From the sequence record NC_061443.1: a stretch of 64,000 nucleotides of DNA; one strand, 5' to 3'. Positions 62,338 through 64,000 of this stretch are shown one piece after another. Each line of letters starts with the position of its first letter. Position 1 is the first letter of the stretch. The notes under the pieces were generated by a model. The model ran no database searches. It was not told the DNA's origin and was given only the letters and a program-made list of their open reading frames with translations. The translations under genes were made by a program, and so were the position numbers.

Positions 62338-64000
62338 TTACGCGATACCTGAACTTGGGTTCGATGAACCGTAGGTCAGTTTAAACGTATACGCCAAGCT
62401 ATCGAATGGGAAGTCGTTACGGTAGATAACGTAATCGACACCGTTGATAACGACCTCAGCAGGACCTGCAAAGTTGAAGTCATCGAACTCCAACGCACCA
62501 TCCCATGAACCAGCGAAGCCCTGAACAGATTCGACAAAGTAACCATAGCCGAGAGACTTAGGCCACGCGACGTAGAAGAACACGCCGTTCGAACTCGTAC
62601 TGGTATTCGCAGGACAGTTCAAGAGTTGCTGTCCTGTCAGAGTCAACGCAGTTTGCAGACCTGCAACGAACGCAGCATCGTAGCCAGAGATAGCTTTGAT
62701 TTTAGAATGCGAACCGAAGCGAGCACCCAGATCAGAAACCTGCTCAGGCTTGAGCGTAACGTCTTTAGTTGCCGTAACAGTCTTACCGTTCTTAACGTAA
62801 GTCACGGTGATTGTCACTACAGCGTCAGCAGTCACCTTGTTGGATTTCAACGAACCGCCTACAACACTCAGGCCAGTCACAGTACCAGACTTCACAGCTA
62901 CTGCCCACGTGGTGCCAGAATCAGCAGTCACATCAGGAGTAGTACCATCAGACATAGTAGCCGTTGCAGTGTATGCAGTAGTCACGCCGCCGATGATTGA
63001 AGCAGGACCCGTGATGGTTACAGAGTCAGGGGTCGCAGGAGCTGGAGTGTTCGTTACAGTCAGGGTCGCTGTTTGCGTCTGGCTATTATACGAAGCAGTA
63101 CCAGTAATCACCGCAGTCTGAACCGTAGTCACAGTGTTACCTGTGATGGTGTTGTTGCCGTTGAACGTAAAGCCAGTAGTAGAACCGGAGCTACGCGTAA
63201 CAACAGGCGTCAGGTCAACCGTCGTACTGTCTGAGAAAGTCAGGCGAAGAATGTAAGTACCAGTCTCACCTTTGTTCACAGCAGTCGGACCGATAAGCTC
63301 GCGCTTAGTGATGGTCGCAGACTGGTTGATAATCTGAATCGTCTTCTCAGGCGCATACGTCTGGCCATCAACAACGACGTTAGCAGCGCGAAGAATCACG
63401 GTCTGGTTCTGAGTGATGGAGTTCGGAGCAGAGGTCAGCTTCGCACGAGTCGAAGTAGTACCAACACCCAGAGTCACATACGCAGCACCTTGAGGCAAGG
63501 ACCAAGTAGGCAGGGAAGCATACTCAACCTGTGCACCAGACAGACGAGTCACACGCACCAGATAGTCACCAGAAGCAGTGCCCTCAGTGATAGAGTCTGC
63601 ACCAATGACTTCAACAGCACTCACATCATCGGTAGGACCGACTACGGTGAATTGTACGCTGCCAGTTTTCGATACAGCACCAACAGTTGCTACAACGTTA
63701 AGCTGGAAGGTCAGTGTGCCGAAGAATCCGGTCAGTGCCGTCTTAGTGCGGATGCGCCAGCCAGTTGTTCCACCAGCAACGATCTCAAAGTAGGTCTGAG
63801 CCGCAGTGGAGAGCGTGTAGCTGAGTTCGCCGCTTGTACCCTCACGGGTAGATGAATCAGAGAACGTCAGGGTACTATGCAGATCGCGTGTTACAGCAGC
63901 CGCAGTACCGAAGTCGAACGCAGGAGCTGGAGCCAGAGGCTGGACACTCAACAGCGTAATGACAATGATATTCTTAATCAGCACGGACTTCTGCGCGTTA
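62338..64000 (-). CDS. Ig-like repeat virion protein (5' partial; frame stays open to the window edge)
   Basis: Repeats (V/L)(E/T)(V/L/I)(I/T)G(A/P).S(I/V)..G; reading frame continues NAQKSVLIK to position 63999; C-terminal domain resembles that of 15071..19606. Confidence 0.7.
   Translation of the reverse strand, partial: NAQKSVLIKNIIVITLLSVQPLAPAPAFDFGTAAAVTRDLHSTLTFSDSSTREGTSGELSYTLSTAAQTYFEIVAGGTTGWRIRTKTALTGFFGTLTFQLNVVATVGAVSKTGSVQFTVVGPTDDVSAVEVIGADSITEGTASGDYLVRVTRLSGAQVEYASLPTWSLPQGAAYVTLGVGTTSTRAKLTSAPNSITQNQTVILRAANVVVDGQTYAPEKTIQIINQSATITKRELIGPTAVNKGETGTYILRLTFSDSTTVDLTPVVTRSSGSTTGFTFNGNNTITGNTVTTVQTAVITGTASYNSQTQTATLTVTNTPAPATPDSVTITGPASIIGGVTTAYTATATMSDGTTPDVTADSGTTWAVAVKSGTVTGLSVVGGSLKSNKVTADAVVTITVTYVKNGKTVTATKDVTLKPEQVSDLGARFGSHSKIKAISGYDAAFVAGLQTALTLTGQQLLNCPANTSTSSNGVFFYVAWPKSLGYGYFVESVQGFAGSWDGALEFDDFNFAGPAEVVINGVDYVIYRNDFPFDSLAYTFKLTYGSSNPSSGIA

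Noticed and set aside
1-64000. tRNA, rRNA, integrase, transposase or homing endonuclease genes
   Set aside because: None recognised by eye; no space for them outside the 22-23 kb gap. tRNAscan-SE was not run.

Overview
The window is a 64 kb piece of a large (jumbo-type) contractile-tailed phage genome. It is almost entirely the virion morphogenesis region, and every convincing gene is on the minus strand. Read in the direction of transcription (high to low coordinates) it holds: Ig-like and other virion/fibre proteins, an NAD-dependent DNA ligase, a GT2-TPR glycosyltransferase, the head module (prohead protease, very acidic scaffold-like protein, decoration-like protein, major capsid protein), tail completion, sheath, two tube paralogs, chaperones, a tape-measure-like protein with a muramidase-type domain, baseplate hub and spike, a small enzyme block (Nudix, MmcB-like nuclease, dTMP kinase), a ~1 kb non-coding gap, PAAR and baseplate wedge genes, and a fibre cluster with four collagen-like proteins. 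From memory, the gene content resembles the 'hairy' Erwinia/Dickeya jumbo myophages; this is inference, not a database result. The strongest unexplained signals are: (1) a ~1 kb structured non-coding region with an internal 28-nt repeat; (2) four collagen paralogs whose first triple-helix Cys is always in the 10th Gly-X-Y triplet, one ending in an intein-like Hint domain, plus a candidate glycosyltransferase; (3) a recurrent hydrophobic-x-S-x-S-(A/S/G) motif in scaffold, capsid, protease and at the N-termini of unrelated proteins, a candidate maturation or head-targeting signal; (4) a ~70-aa domain shared by four hypothetical proteins; (5) a GCTAATTT motif upstream of several operons, a candidate late promoter. 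All product calls come from motif recognition by eye; no searches or folding programs were run.
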